From the NCBI GenBank assembly GCA_963716395.1, contig OY970309.1, positions 3,136,001 to 3,200,000 of the forward strand: a DNA stretch of 64,000 nt, read 5' to 3'. Shown in pieces: positions 18,907-29,994 of the stretch. The translations under genes and the position numbers were made by a program. Origin of the DNA: an uncultured Fibrobacteria bacterium (lineage in GTDB: Bacteria > Fibrobacterota > Fibrobacteria > UBA11236). The notes beneath the pieces were generated by a model. That model was not told the DNA's origin. It searched no databases and was given only the letters and a program-made list of their open reading frames with translations. The stretch's first letter is position 1, and every line of letters begins with the position of its first letter.

Positions 18907-20406
18907 TCAGGAGCCCAAACTCACCTGGGCGAAGCCGTCGCCATCATAGGTCCATTGAATGCGTTCGGCCGTGTTACCGCCCACTTCCATGGTTTCGAGA
19001 TGCACCGGCCGATCCCACAGGAAATACACCTGTTTCATGGTATTGCGCGCGTATTCCTCATCGAGCGGCAGGCCTTCGAAAAAATGCTTGAGGTACAACT
19101 CGCGCTTGCCGCCATAATCGCCATCCATCACCTTGATCAAGGGAATGCCGGAATGCGCGAAGGAGCGCACCACCAAATCCTTGACCACGCGCCAATTGGT
19201 TTCTTCGACCGCGAACTCTTCGGTATGCCCCTGCACATGGCTGGCATAGATATACAGCTCGGCGTTTTCGACCACCTGCTTGTTCATGAACTCGTCGAGA
19301 AAAAACCAGTCCATGTGGGTGCGCCGCGTTTCGAATACCTTTTCCCGGCCCTGGCCGGTTTTGAGATCAAGCGTCCATTTGTCCGGCGCTTCGCTGCGTT
19401 CCCATTCGGTCCCGAAGCGGCCGGTATTGTAGCGTTCTTCGATGTTCTGAAAGGTTTTGACGCCCAACAGGTACGGGTTCAGGCCGAACGGGTTGCTGGC
19501 CAGCACGCGCGCGTTGTACAGGTTGTAATAGCCATGCTCTTCCGGGGTGAGATAGCCGTCTTGGAACAGGCGATTCATGATGCGGGTGTGCCAGAACGAG
19601 GCCCAGCCTTCGTTCATCACCTTGGTTTTGCGCTGGGGCTGGAAATACACCGCCTGATCGCGGATGCCGTTGAGCACGTCCAATTCCCATTCTTCGAAAC
19701 CGCGCGGGGAATGGCGCATGATAAAGCGCAGCAAATCCGATTCGGGTTCAGCCGGCAATTTCTTTTTGGCCTGGCGGGTTTCTTGCCGCCGCTCTTCGAA
19801 GGACTTGGGCTGCTGCTGTTCGTCATAGGCGAACAGATCCGCGAACGGCCCCGTATGTTGCTCGGGCCGGGGCGCGGGCTTGGCCTCGTCCCGCACCGAG
19901 GTCTCGACCAGATCGTCCTCGGAATGCCATTGCAAGGCATGCGCCGAATCGATCAGGCTTTCCACTTCGCCGATGCCGTAATCCTCTTCGTATTTGCGGA
20001 AACGGGCCGCGGCTTCGCTGGCCGAGGTGAGCATGTCGCGCCGGGTGCGGCGGAAATGCACGTTGTTCTTCATGAAGTCGTTGTGCGCGTAGACATGCGC
20101 CATCACCAGCACTTGGATGGGGTACGGGTTGGTACGCATGAGAAAGGCCCGCGACGGGTTGGAGTTCAGCACCACTTCGTATGGGATTCCGCCCATGTAT
20201 TCGTATTGCGTACGCTGGCGTTCGAAGTCGCGGCCGAAAGACCAATGCGAATAATTCACCGGCAGCCGGTAGGCCATGATCTCCAGCATTTTCTGGGCGG
20301 GAATGACGTCGAACTCCTGGGGAAAGCAGTCGAGGCCAAACTCGGCCACGATTTTCTGGATATGGGCGTCGGCGCGCACCAAGCGGGAAATATCGGAGTC
20401 GTTCAT
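18907..20406 (-). CDS. spoVR: SpoVR/YcgB-family protein
   Basis: YSHWSFG, YEVVLNSNP, AHVYAHNDF, TKVMNEGWASFWH, LNPY. Confidence 0.96.
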   Translation of the reverse strand: MNDSDISRLVRADAHIQKIVAEFGLDCFPQEFDVIPAQKMLEIMAYRLPVNYSHWSFGRDFERQRTQYEYMGGIPYEVVLNSNPSRAFLMRTNPYPIQVLVMAHVYAHNDFMKNNVHFRRTRRDMLTSASEAAARFRKYEEDYGIGEVESLIDSAHALQWHSEDDLVETSVRDEAKPAPRPEQHTGPFADLFAYDEQQQPKSFEERRQETRQAKKKLPAEPESDLLRFIMRHSPRGFEEWELDVLNGIRDQAVYFQPQRKTKVMNEGWASFWHTRIMNRLFQDGYLTPEEHGYYNLYNARVLASNPFGLNPYLLGVKTFQNIEERYNTGRFGTEWERSEAPDKWTLDLKTGQGREKVFETRRTHMDWFFLDEFMNKQVVENAELYIYASHVQGHTEEFAVEETNWRVVKDLVVRSFAHSGIPLIKVMDGDYGGKRELYLKHFFEGLPLDEEYARNTMKQVYFLWDRPVHLETMEVGGNTAERIQWTYDGDGFAQVSLGS

Positions 20407-21746
20407 ACCCGTTTATCGCGCGAGAAAAAGACCTTCAAGGCCGGATACACGTGCGCCTTATTTTTGAGCAGCACGCCCAGCAGCGGCAGATCCTGGCGTT
20501 GGGGCAGATAATATTCGAAGTCGGCGTCGCGGTAGGCCGTATGCTTTTCCAGCCCGAAGGTTTCTTCGAAGCCGTGCATGAGCTGCTGGCCGTAAGCCGT
20601 TTCGGTACGGATCTCACCGTAACCCAGAAGATTCGGGCCGTGGTCGAGAAAGCGCCGCACGCTTTGCATGGTCTTGGCCGCGTCCCAATCCTCGCCGTCG
20701 GAAAAGTGGAAGCCGTAGATGTTCCAGCGGCTGGGCGAATATTCGGATTCCACCAATTGGGTGGCGGTGTCATAGGCCGAGGCGCACACCGTGCCCCCGC
20801 TTTCGCCTTTGTGGAAGAACTCTTCCTCGTCGACCAGCTTGGCTTCGGAAGTGTGGGCGATGAAACGAATATCGACCGTGCGATATTTGAGCTTGAGGAA
20901 TTCCACCATCCAGAAGAAGAAACTGCGCGCCAGGTATTTCTTGAGCATCGACATGCTGCCCGACACATCCATCATGGCCAGCACCACGGCGTTGCTCTGC
21001 AATTCAAAGTCTTCTTTGAGAACGCGGTAGCGTAAATCCTGGCGGGCGATGAAGGGTTTGAGCTGCTCGTCGCCTTCGGCCAGAATGGTTTCGGCGTCGT
21101 CGCGCAGCAACAGTTCCAGGGCGCGGGCATAATCGCCGCGGGCGTAGTTGTAGGCGCGCTGGCACAGTTCCAGCGGCTTGCCGCTGGCATCGACCAAATC
21201 CTGCACTGATCCGGCCGAGCGGCGCAGGGCTTCGCGAAAAGTGCGTTTCTTGTCGACGTTGGCGCGGATGCCGTGCTTGTCGATTTCGTTGAAACTCCAA
21301 CCCAGGGGCACGATGTTCTCGGCGATTTCCTTGCGGCGCAAATCGGGCAACTGGAGATCGTCCATCATCATGGTGATGATCTCCTCGACGTCGATTTCGG
21401 TTTCGAGGTAGTCTTCGCCCGGCTCCTGGCCGGCTTGGCCCTTCTGGTTACCTTCGCCCGGCGCCGGCCGGCGGCCGATGACGTCGCCTTTGCCCTTCTT
21501 GCCGTGGCCCAGGCCGTACTGTCCCCCGCCTTCGCCGCCTTTGCGCTGGCCGTAAATGAACTGATAGCTCTTCACTCCGCGCACGGGAATGCGCACCGTC
21601 TGCCCCTTTTTGCGCGTGATGATGCTTTCGTCCGAGATGACGTCGGCGATGTTTTCGCGGATGAGTTCGCGCACCTTCTGCTGGTGGCGCGCCACGTCTT
21701 CCTGGCCGCGTTTGCTGAAATCCCAATCGACTTCGCGGACGGTCAT
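20403..21746 (-). CDS. yeaH: YeaH/YhbH (DUF444) vWA-like protein
   Basis: MMDVSGSM, FIAH, EEEFFHKGESGGT, FHFSDGED; position between prkA and spoVR. Confidence 0.95.
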   Translation of the reverse strand: MTVREVDWDFSKRGQEDVARHQQKVRELIRENIADVISDESIITRKKGQTVRIPVRGVKSYQFIYGQRKGGEGGGQYGLGHGKKGKGDVIGRRPAPGEGNQKGQAGQEPGEDYLETEIDVEEIITMMMDDLQLPDLRRKEIAENIVPLGWSFNEIDKHGIRANVDKKRTFREALRRSAGSVQDLVDASGKPLELCQRAYNYARGDYARALELLLRDDAETILAEGDEQLKPFIARQDLRYRVLKEDFELQSNAVVLAMMDVSGSMSMLKKYLARSFFFWMVEFLKLKYRTVDIRFIAHTSEAKLVDEEEFFHKGESGGTVCASAYDTATQLVESEYSPSRWNIYGFHFSDGEDWDAAKTMQSVRRFLDHGPNLLGYGEIRTETAYGQQLMHGFEETFGLEKHTAYRDADFEYYLPQRQDLPLLGVLLKNKAHVYPALKVFFSRDKRV

Positions 21747-21756
21747 GGCGGCTTCG

Positions 21757-23733
21757 TCATTCTTCTTTGCGCAGCACTTCGCCCACGTATTGCAGGAGCC
21801 GCTCGGCGCTGTGCTCGCTGTAACCCTTTTGCCGCATGGCTTCGATGGCGTCTTGCCGCCGCTTCACGGTCTTGGGATCTTTTTTGCTCGGGTCGGCGAT
21901 GGTCAGGCTGACCACGTTCTTGAGATCGGCCATCAGTTTTTTCTCGATGGCTTCGTGGAGCGGCTGGTAGCTTTTGAAATCGAAAGCTTTGCCCTGATCC
22001 AAAGCATCGGATTTGAACACGAAAATGCCCTGGCGGAATTCCTTCTTGGCGTTTTCGGAAACCCCGATCATCTCTTCGATGCTGCGCATCAGCTTTTCGT
22101 CGGGCTCTTGCACTTCGCCGGTCACGGAATCGATGATCTGTTTCTTCAGGCAGAAATGCGTGGTGTGTTTGATGTAATTGTCGAACAGCGATTGGGCCTG
22201 ATCCTCGTAGGCGAACAGGAACGCTCGGTTCACCTCTTTCTTGGAGATCTCGCGGTATTCCGAATTCACGCTGCCTTTGTCGGCCATGAGCAGGCGCAGG
22301 TAGCGGTCGGCCTCCTCTTCGCTGAAGCCGATATGATGGCCGAAATTGTGGCGTAAGGCGCGAATGACGTCGAGCGGCATGATGCCGCCTTCTTTCTCCT
22401 TTTCCGACAGGGCCACATTGATGGCGTTGACCACGAAGCGCGGCGAAATGCCCGACATGCCCTCGCCCTTCTTTTTGCCTTCGAGGCGCAGGGCCTTGAG
22501 GTCCACGGGATCCTTTTCCTGCTCCATCACGGCTTCGCCGTGGTAGTACTTCATCTTCTTGATGAGGTCGGGGCACAGCGACGATTCGGAGAGCCGCGTC
22601 AACACTGCGAACATAGCCGCCACCTCCAGGGTGTAGGGCGCGATCTCCATGCGCGCGAACTGGGAACTGGCGATCATCTTCTTATAGATCTTCACTTCGT
22701 CGTCGACGTTGAGGCAGTACGGCACGTAGATGGGATACATGCGGTCGTGCAGCGCCTCGTTCTCCTTGTTCGATTTGAATTTGTCGAATTCGGTCTGGTT
22801 GGTGTGCGACAAGAGCACCAGGTCGGTGTAGATCTGCGGAAAGCCCGGCACCTTGATGAGTTGCTCTTGCGCCACGGTGATGAGCACATAGTGGAACTTG
22901 ATATCGCATTTCAGGATTTCGATGTACTCGATGAGGCCGCGGTTGCTGATCTCCAGCTCGCCGTCGAGATTGTAGGCGCGCGGATCGGTTTCACCGAATT
23001 CGGTGAGTTTGGAAAAATCAACATGGCCGATGAGCTCGGCGATGTCCTGGTTTTTGGGATCGCTGGGCTGAAAGGTGCCGATACCGCGGCGCGCGCGCTC
23101 CGACAGAGTAATCTGCTTGACGGGGAAGCGTTCCCACAACACGTTGCCGGTTTCGTCGCGGAAATCCTTGGAATGCAGCAGACGGTGGCGGCAGATGGGG
23201 CACAAGTCGCCTTCGATGCCCACGCCGAGAATCTCCTCCCATTTCTGGCGGTCGTGGCGCGGCACCAGATGCAACGGGTCTTCGTGCATGGGGCAGCCGT
23301 CGATGGCGAAAATGGGCGCGGTGGTGGAGTACTCTTCCAGCTTGCGCTTGAGCAGGCTGGCGATGGAGGACTTGCCCGACGACACCGGACCGACCAGAAT
23401 GAGAATGCGTTTGCCGGTTTCGGTGCGGCGCGCCCCGGCGTGGAAGAACTTCACGATGTCGTGGATGGATTCGTCGACACCGAAGATCTGGCCTTCGAAA
23501 AAGTTGTAGTGCACCAGATCTTCGTAGCCCGGCAGCGGGTGTTTTTCGGTCGTAGGGTGGCTGCCTTCGTTGATGATCATGCTGTACAGCCGGCTGGGGG
23601 CCGACATGGCGATGCCGTGGGACTCTTTCACCTTTTCCAGATATTCCAGGCATGTTCCTTTCCACGAAGCTGCGGCTTTTTTGGATCGGTTTTCGTTGAT
23701 GATGGATTGAAAGTCGGAATTTTCGCTCGCCAT
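21757..23733 (-). CDS. prkA: PrkA/YeaG-family AAA+ serine protein kinase
   Basis: [52 protein letters not shown]; ATG 23733 with GGAG upstream. Confidence 0.96.
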   Translation of the reverse strand: MASENSDFQSIINENRSKKAAASWKGTCLEYLEKVKESHGIAMSAPSRLYSMIINEGSHPTTEKHPLPGYEDLVHYNFFEGQIFGVDESIHDIVKFFHAGARRTETGKRILILVGPVSSGKSSIASLLKRKLEEYSTTAPIFAIDGCPMHEDPLHLVPRHDRQKWEEILGVGIEGDLCPICRHRLLHSKDFRDETGNVLWERFPVKQITLSERARRGIGTFQPSDPKNQDIAELIGHVDFSKLTEFGETDPRAYNLDGELEISNRGLIEYIEILKCDIKFHYVLITVAQEQLIKVPGFPQIYTDLVLLSHTNQTEFDKFKSNKENEALHDRMYPIYVPYCLNVDDEVKIYKKMIASSQFARMEIAPYTLEVAAMFAVLTRLSESSLCPDLIKKMKYYHGEAVMEQEKDPVDLKALRLEGKKKGEGMSGISPRFVVNAINVALSEKEKEGGIMPLDVIRALRHNFGHHIGFSEEEADRYLRLLMADKGSVNSEYREISKKEVNRAFLFAYEDQAQSLFDNYIKHTTHFCLKKQIIDSVTGEVQEPDEKLMRSIEEMIGVSENAKKEFRQGIFVFKSDALDQGKAFDFKSYQPLHEAIEKKLMADLKNVVSLTIADPSKKDPKTVKRRQDAIEAMRQKGYSEHSAERLLQYVGEVLRKEE

Positions 23734-23886
23734 AAACTGCACTCTCCGCCGTTAATATTATTGTACGCACTTCCGGACGCGGAAGCATCCACCCTTTGCA
23801 ATCATATTAAATGTCGAAAGCCCGGGTTTTCTAGTTTTCCATCCGCCCAGTCGACCGAATTCCTCGCATGGGGATTGCTAAGAATC

Positions 23887-25128
23887 ATGGCTCACATCAA
23901 CGCGCATTATCAGAAGCTGCAAGCCGGCTACCTCTTTCCCGAAATCGGGCGCCGCGTGCGCGCCTTTGCGGCTGAGCATCCCGGTGCCGACATCATTCGC
24001 CTCGGCATCGGCGATGTGGTACAACCACTATCCGCGCCCATCCTATCGGCCTTTCACGCCGCCGTCGACGAAATGGGCCGCCGCGAAGCCTTCAAGGGTT
24101 ATGGACCCGAACAGGGCTATGACTTTCTGTTGCAGGCGATTGCGGCCCATTACCGCTCGCAGGGGGCCGCGGTCGAAGCCGATGAAATTTTCGTATCCGA
24201 CGGTTCGAAATGCGACACCGCCAATATCCAGGAGATTTTCGCGTCGGACAGCGTTGTGGCGGTCACCGATCCCGTTTATCCGGTTTATGTCGACACCAAT
24301 GTCATGGCCGGCCGATCCGGCCCGGCCGACGCCTCGGGCCGCTACAGCGGCCTGGTTTATCTGCCCACCACCGCCGCCAACGGATTCGACCCTCCCCTCC
24401 CCGACCGTAACGTCGACTTGGTCTATCTGTGTTCGCCCAACAATCCCACCGGTGCCGTCCTATCGCGCGCGGCGCTGGAAAAATGGGTGCGTTATGCGCG
24501 TGAAACCGAAGCCGTCATCCTCTTCGACGCCGCGTATGAAGCTTTTATTCGCGAACCGGGCTGGCCGCATTCGATTTTCGAAATCGAGGGCGCCCGTGAG
24601 GTGGCCATTGAATTCCGCAGCCTGTCCAAAACCGCGGGTTTTACCGGTACGCGTTGCGCCTACACCGTGGTACCTAAAGCCCTGAAAGGGCGCGACGGAA
24701 AAGGCAGTTTAACCTCGTTGCATGCCCTATGGCTGCGGCGTCAAACCACCAAATTCAATGGCGTGGCTTATCCGGTGCAAAAAGCCGCGGAGGCCGTGTT
24801 TTCGCCGGTCGGGAAAGAGGCGGTGGCTGAAAACATCGCTTATTACATGGAGAATGCCCGCCTCATCCGCGAGGGGCTGCAATCCGCGGGTTTTACGGTG
24901 TTTGGCGGCGTCAATGCGCCCTATATCTGGCTGCAGGTGCCCGAGGGAATGACCTCGTGGTCGTTCTTCGACCGCATGCTGGCCCAAGCGCATGTGGTGG
25001 GCACGCCCGGGTCGGGATTCGGCGGTTGCGGCGAGGGATATTTTCGCTTGTCGGCTTTCGGTTTTCGTGAAAACGTGCAGACGGCTTTGAAGCGTATTCA
25101 AAAGATGATAGCCAGGGGGCGTATATGA
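23887..25128 (+). CDS. dapL: LL-diaminopimelate aminotransferase
   Basis: [45 protein letters not shown]; ATG 23887. Confidence 0.97.
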   Translation: MAHINAHYQKLQAGYLFPEIGRRVRAFAAEHPGADIIRLGIGDVVQPLSAPILSAFHAAVDEMGRREAFKGYGPEQGYDFLLQAIAAHYRSQGAAVEADEIFVSDGSKCDTANIQEIFASDSVVAVTDPVYPVYVDTNVMAGRSGPADASGRYSGLVYLPTTAANGFDPPLPDRNVDLVYLCSPNNPTGAVLSRAALEKWVRYARETEAVILFDAAYEAFIREPGWPHSIFEIEGAREVAIEFRSLSKTAGFTGTRCAYTVVPKALKGRDGKGSLTSLHALWLRRQTTKFNGVAYPVQKAAEAVFSPVGKEAVAENIAYYMENARLIREGLQSAGFTVFGGVNAPYIWLQVPEGMTSWSFFDRMLAQAHVVGTPGSGFGGCGEGYFRLSAFGFRENVQTALKRIQKMIARGRI

Positions 25129-25725
25129 AAAAGTGGCTGGCGGCGGCGTTACTTTTGTCCGCCCTGACGGCGCGTGCCGACCGCGGAGGTAATTTCGGGG
25201 CGGGTTTCGTGCTGGGCGATCCCACCGGTTTTGATTTCAAGCTGTGGACGCAGCCGCAGAAAACCGCCTTTGACTTCAACCTGGGTTGGGGCGGGTATTG
25301 GGGCAATGACGCCTATGGTTATAGCGACTCGCGCTGTTACGACAATAATTTTTACAACAACAATACCGGATATTGCCTCGAACCCAGCAATCTACCGTTC
25401 TGACGGCAAATACGGGTTGCGCAATTTTCATCTGCATGCCGATTACCTGATTCACAATTTCCGCGCGATCCATGCGCGGGAAAAATTTGGAATCTACTAC
25501 GGCCCGGGCGTAGCCCTGGACTATTGGCGGGGTGGTTATTATTACCCGACCTATGATCGCAGTGGCGGTTTTACCCAACTCGGCGTCCGCGGTGTGATCG
25601 GGCTGACTTGGTTGCCGCGGGCGTCGCCTTTCGATCTGTTTCTGGAATTGGCCCCGGTGATCGAAATCTTTCCCTTTCCCGATTTCGGCATGAACGGCGG
25701 ATTCGGCGGCCGGTATTATTTCTGA
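25125..25725 (+). pseudogene. small outer-membrane beta-barrel protein split by a frameshift (or sequencing error) near 25375-25395
   Basis: Frame A: signal peptide plus FGAGFVLGDPTG; frame B continues HLHADYL...YYGPG...GVRGVIG...DLFLELAP...GGRYYF, the two halves of one barrel. Confidence 0.75.
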
Positions 25726-25824
25726 AACACGCCGCGACGGAATTCCCTCCCGGACGTAACCTTCAGGTAACCTGACCACCCGTCTGGAAACGCATCGGGC
25801 GGCCTCGGCGAATCGCGTTCTCCC

Positions 25825-28800
25825 TCAATGGGCCAAGGAGAATTCCGGCGTCGGCTGCGCGCCAGACACCGCAGATTTTCCCGCTAAAATATCCTGGTAA
25901 AGACGGTAAATCTTCTCGCCCGATTTTTCCCAGGTGAATGGGCGCGCCGCCTGCGCGGCGGCACCGGTTTTGGGCGCTTCCAGGGCCTGCAAAACCGCAC
26001 GGCGCATGCCCGGCAAATCCTCGGGCTCGAAATACAGGCAGGTGTCGCCGAGATATTCCCGAATCCCGCCGTGGGGCGAAGCGGCCACGTTGCAGCCGTA
26101 GAGCGCCGCTTCCAGCGTCACCAATCCCGGCAACTCGTACCAACTGGGCAAGACATGGACCTTGGCGGCACGATAGGCGGAGATCAGCATGCGCGGGCTC
26201 AGGCGTCCGGTGTAAAGTGTGCGCCCTTTCCGTCGAAAAACACGGCAGATATTGGAGTAATCCGGGCTGTAGCAGACGCCGCCATCGGCGAGGACGACGG
26301 GTATGTCGTCGTCTTCAAGAGCGGCCAACAAGGCCAATTGGTTTTTGCGGGCTTCAAGCCGGCCGACGCAGAGCACGAAGTCGCGTAACCCATGGGCTTT
26401 TTCAAACAATTCGGGTCCGACCTCTTCCGGACTGACTTGGGCGCCATGCATGCATACCAAGGCTTGCGCCGCCGGGTGCAGCGAGAGTAAAAAGTCGCGT
26501 TCTTCGCCGCTGGTGCAAATCACCGCGCGGGCGTGATTGGCCGCAAAGGCCGACGTGTCGGTGGGCAGGGATTCGGCGAGTTTCATCAGTTCGAGGTAAC
26601 GCGGGAGCAAGGCTTTGTCCTGATTTTTCTGCATGTAGGCGAGCAGCAGCCGGTACAAAGTGATGGAGCGGCCCAGATAGAAACTTTGGTTTTCCTGAAA
26701 AGCCTGCACCACAAAAGGCACGCCGCTTTCCTGCACCCTGCGCGCCAGCGGTTCGATGGTCTTGGGCAATACCAGGTTGTAGAGATGCACGAGATCGTAT
26801 TGGGCCGGATCGGCCGTGGCGTCATGGATGGTATCCACGTGCACGCCCCGGGTTTGCAGGTAACTGCGGTAGCGATCCATGACCACCGTGTCACCGCCCG
26901 GCGCGGCGTTCGCGGAGATGCGGTTCTGAAACAGCACGCGCATCGCAGCCGATCGAGCCCCGGGAATCGTCGGTCCGGCGGTAAGGTTGCGACGGTAATT
27001 CCAGTGCTCATGGAATCGCTCCACCAGGGCGAAGGTTTCACCCAGACGAACGCGCGCACGGCGAGCGCGCATATCGGACTCGGCCTGTGCACCCAACCGG
27101 CGCCGCAACTCGGGATCCTCAGCCAGCCGCCGCATCCATAGCGAGGCGTCTTCCAAATCCGGTTCCGCCCACACGTGGTCGGTTTCGCCGTTCAGGCAGA
27201 AATTGTACAGGCTGTCTTTCTGCACCCCCACCATGCGATGCCCCACCAGCACCGAATTGTTTTCGTTCATGAATTCCATGTTGCCCGACCAGGCCGTAGC
27301 CATGGCCACCTTGCCGAACGACATGCTCTCCATCAGGCCGTTGCCCAGACCTTCGGCGCGATGCAGCGACACGTACACATCCCAGCATTGCGTCAGCTCC
27401 AGCACTTCGGCATAGGACAGCGAGCGGTTGATGAAACGCAGGTTGGGGTGCTGCTCTCCGAGTTGCTGAATCCGGCGTGCCGTCTCCGCGTGCATCGCCG
27501 CGGAGTGCGCATTGTTCATCTTCAAGACCAGCAGCACGTCGGAGCGGCCCCGAAAGGCATTCAAGAATGCCTCGATCACGCCCAGGGGATTCTTGCGTTC
27601 GATCACGCTGGTGAAATCGAAGGCGAATCCGAAGATCAGGGCGTCTTCCGGCAATTCAAAGCGCCCGCGCGGAGTGGCAGCCGGCTGTTCGGGGATCTCG
27701 ATCATCTGCTCATAGAAGCGCACGGGTGTGCCGTTCACCGAAGCCACAATGGCGTCTTGCACGAAACGCGTCGGCGCCAATATCAAATCCATCGATTCCA
27801 GCACCGGCAACCAATTTCCGGGAATGCGCGATAATTCCCAGAAGGGAACGATCACATTCATGGCTCCGCCCATACGCAGCGCCGGATGCCCTTGCTTGAG
27901 CAGGCCGCCCACTTCGATGGGATTCATCTGAAACAGGTTGATGGAATACGGCATAGGTTGGGCGGGATCCCAAAGGGGAATTTCGGGACAGGCTTCTTGC
28001 TTGGACCGCTGCGACCCGGCATCGATGTCGAGACAGGCCACCGGATATCCAAGCGCCTGGAGTAGATGCACCGTCACCCGGCCCGACATGCCCAAACCGA
28101 AATTCCCGGTGAAATAACCGATGACGTTGAAGCCGAGGGTTTTGGCCGTAGGCACCGGCTTCCAGGTCGGCACGGCGACGGGAGCTTTTACGGCGTCCGG
28201 GGTTTCAGTCTGTGCCGCCCCATCGGCCTGACCTTGGTTTTCGGAGCCCGCCTCTGCCTTATCCCGCGCCATGGCGAAATGCACGTGATCGTTGAAAGGT
28301 CCCAAGGTGAAACGGAAATCTTGCGTCAGATAACCTTCGAATTCGGTGCCCTGATGCCCGAGAAAAATAAACCGCCGGGGAAAGCGATGCTGTTGCAGAC
28401 GTTTGACTTCGCGGCGGGAAAGTTCCCTGACGGCCATGAGCACCGCCTGCGCATAGAGTTGGAGCCGGTGTTCCTGCAAAACCTCTTGCAATCGCTCCGG
28501 AGGGGGCGATGGGATGAAATCTCCCAGGAATACATCAATCACAAAAAGATCCGCACGCTCTTCGAGTTCATCCAGGGCGAGTGCCTCGCCTTTCTGTTCC
28601 ATTTCCAAGGAAAGGCGGCACATCTCGCGGCTGACCAGCAACTGATGGGGATGTTCCGATGCGGACAGGAATCGGTGCAAGGCCGCAACGAGTTCGCCGT
28701 GCACGCCGAAGTATGCGATCCGCGTACCCGGTTCCAGCGCCGCGATAAAATTTGCCAGATACGGCACGACGCGTTCGGTGGCGTAAAACAAATTGCTGTT

Positions 28801-29784
28801 GAAGGTATCGCTTGAACCATCGCAAACCACCGGCGGCCCGGCGGGTCGGGGCAAGGCCTGGCCCAGGGCATGGCGAAAGGCCGCAAAGCGCCGGCTGGGC
28901 AGGCGGATTTCTTCGAGGTGCACTCCCTGCAACCCCCAGGAGTCGCGCTGCAGAGGCAGTTCGGCCTCCTGGCAATTATCGTAGAAGCGTGTGAAGTCGT
29001 TGAATTCCACTTCGGCGGCATGCAGGAGGTTGGCCTGCAAATTGTGGTTGAGATGATAACCTTCCAATTCCTCTTCCAAGGACCGAGGCGGTCCGCCGTG
29101 CAGAAAAAGCCTTCGCGCGAGATTCGCGTCGACATGCCAGCCGAGACGCATGGCTTCGTCGAATCCCTGGATGTTGAACAGCGTGGACCGCGGCACGAGC
29201 TGAAAATCGCCGCACGAGTCGAATCCGATGTCGGTTTTGTGCCGGCAGATTTCCTTGAGGTGAAAGCGCACGGCCCATTCCGCGATGTTGCGGTTGCATT
29301 CTTCCACCCGGGTGCGGTCGAGGCTTTCCCACAGCCATTCGGGAATGTTGTAACGCGGCAACAAATAGTGATGGGGCGCGAGGCGCGCGGCCAGTTCCGA
29401 GAGCGAACGTCCGGCGTGCTTGGGGATGAAGACCAGGTCGCTGTTGGTGCTCAGCACCCAGGGGTTTTCCGGCCGGGTGCGGCGCAAGGCCACGTTGCGG
29501 CTAAAGGCTTCGAGAGCCGGCAGTTTGGAATTGGGAAAACGTTCGCGGAACGACGGCGCGGGTATGCGAATCACCCGGATGCGGGCGCGCGCCGCGGGTG
29601 TGAGAATGTCTTGCAGCACCTCGGGAAAGGTGGGCAGCCCTTCAGGCGTGTTGCAATCGGCGAAAACGATTTCGTCGTCGGGATGGGTAAGTAACTCGGC
29701 CAAAGTGTTGAAAAAAATCACGGCGCGTTTGTGTAGATTGTACCCATGCGAATCGTTACGGCCGTAAATAATGACGGAGATCAT
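25825..29784 (-). CDS. giant multidomain glycosyltransferase (GT-A-like N-terminal domain plus two GT4/GT-B modules)
   Basis: N-terminal YGRNDSHG...TNSD...GDFQL; GT4 motifs SLHRAEGLG and LPSWYELPGLVTLEA; ATG 29784 with AAAGGA RBS. Confidence 0.88.
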   Translation of the reverse strand: MISVIIYGRNDSHGYNLHKRAVIFFNTLAELLTHPDDEIVFADCNTPEGLPTFPEVLQDILTPAARARIRVIRIPAPSFRERFPNSKLPALEAFSRNVALRRTRPENPWVLSTNSDLVFIPKHAGRSLSELAARLAPHHYLLPRYNIPEWLWESLDRTRVEECNRNIAEWAVRFHLKEICRHKTDIGFDSCGDFQLVPRSTLFNIQGFDEAMRLGWHVDANLARRLFLHGGPPRSLEEELEGYHLNHNLQANLLHAAEVEFNDFTRFYDNCQEAELPLQRDSWGLQGVHLEEIRLPSRRFAAFRHALGQALPRPAGPPVVCDGSSDTFNSNLFYATERVVPYLANFIAALEPGTRIAYFGVHGELVAALHRFLSASEHPHQLLVSREMCRLSLEMEQKGEALALDELEERADLFVIDVFLGDFIPSPPPERLQEVLQEHRLQLYAQAVLMAVRELSRREVKRLQQHRFPRRFIFLGHQGTEFEGYLTQDFRFTLGPFNDHVHFAMARDKAEAGSENQGQADGAAQTETPDAVKAPVAVPTWKPVPTAKTLGFNVIGYFTGNFGLGMSGRVTVHLLQALGYPVACLDIDAGSQRSKQEACPEIPLWDPAQPMPYSINLFQMNPIEVGGLLKQGHPALRMGGAMNVIVPFWELSRIPGNWLPVLESMDLILAPTRFVQDAIVASVNGTPVRFYEQMIEIPEQPAATPRGRFELPEDALIFGFAFDFTSVIERKNPLGVIEAFLNAFRGRSDVLLVLKMNNAHSAAMHAETARRIQQLGEQHPNLRFINRSLSYAEVLELTQCWDVYVSLHRAEGLGNGLMESMSFGKVAMATAWSGNMEFMNENNSVLVGHRMVGVQKDSLYNFCLNGETDHVWAEPDLEDASLWMRRLAEDPELRRRLGAQAESDMRARRARVRLGETFALVERFHEHWNYRRNLTAGPTIPGARSAAMRVLFQNRISANAAPGGDTVVMDRYRSYLQTRGVHVDTIHDATADPAQYDLVHLYNLVLPKTIEPLARRVQESGVPFVVQAFQENQSFYLGRSITLYRLLLAYMQKNQDKALLPRYLELMKLAESLPTDTSAFAANHARAVICTSGEERDFLLSLHPAAQALVCMHGAQVSPEEVGPELFEKAHGLRDFVLCVGRLEARKNQLALLAALEDDDIPVVLADGGVCYSPDYSNICRVFRRKGRTLYTGRLSPRMLISAYRAAKVHVLPSWYELPGLVTLEAALYGCNVAASPHGGIREYLGDTCLYFEPEDLPGMRRAVLQALEAPKTGAAAQAARPFTWEKSGEKIYRLYQDILAGKSAVSGAQPTPEFSLAH

Positions 29785-29924
29785 GGAATCCTTTCTAAAA
29801 CAGCCACGTCCGTGCGACCAGGGGGTTCTCGTTGGATGCCGACGGAAACGAGGGCTCAATCATATTGCATGTGCCGCGCTTCGGCGTCGGAGAGCGCGTT
29901 TCCCGTTCACGGTTTATTATAGGA

Positions 29925-29953
29925 GTATCGGCAGATCGAAGCCCAGTGCTTAA
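29925..29953 (-). promoter_or_regulatory. putative sigma-28 (FliA)-type promoter
   Basis: Minus strand TTAAG-N16-GCCGATAC upstream of the giant glycosyltransferase; -10 matches GCCGATAA at 7/8, spacing slightly long. Confidence 0.4.
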
Positions 29954-29994
29954 GTGGGATGCGTCGCGACTTCAAGCGAAACCGCAAGGCGCGC

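Noticed and set aside
22540-23886. Apparent 449-aa N-terminal extension of DapL (862-aa ORF)
   Set aside because: It is the antisense shadow of prkA; DapL homology begins at ATG 23887
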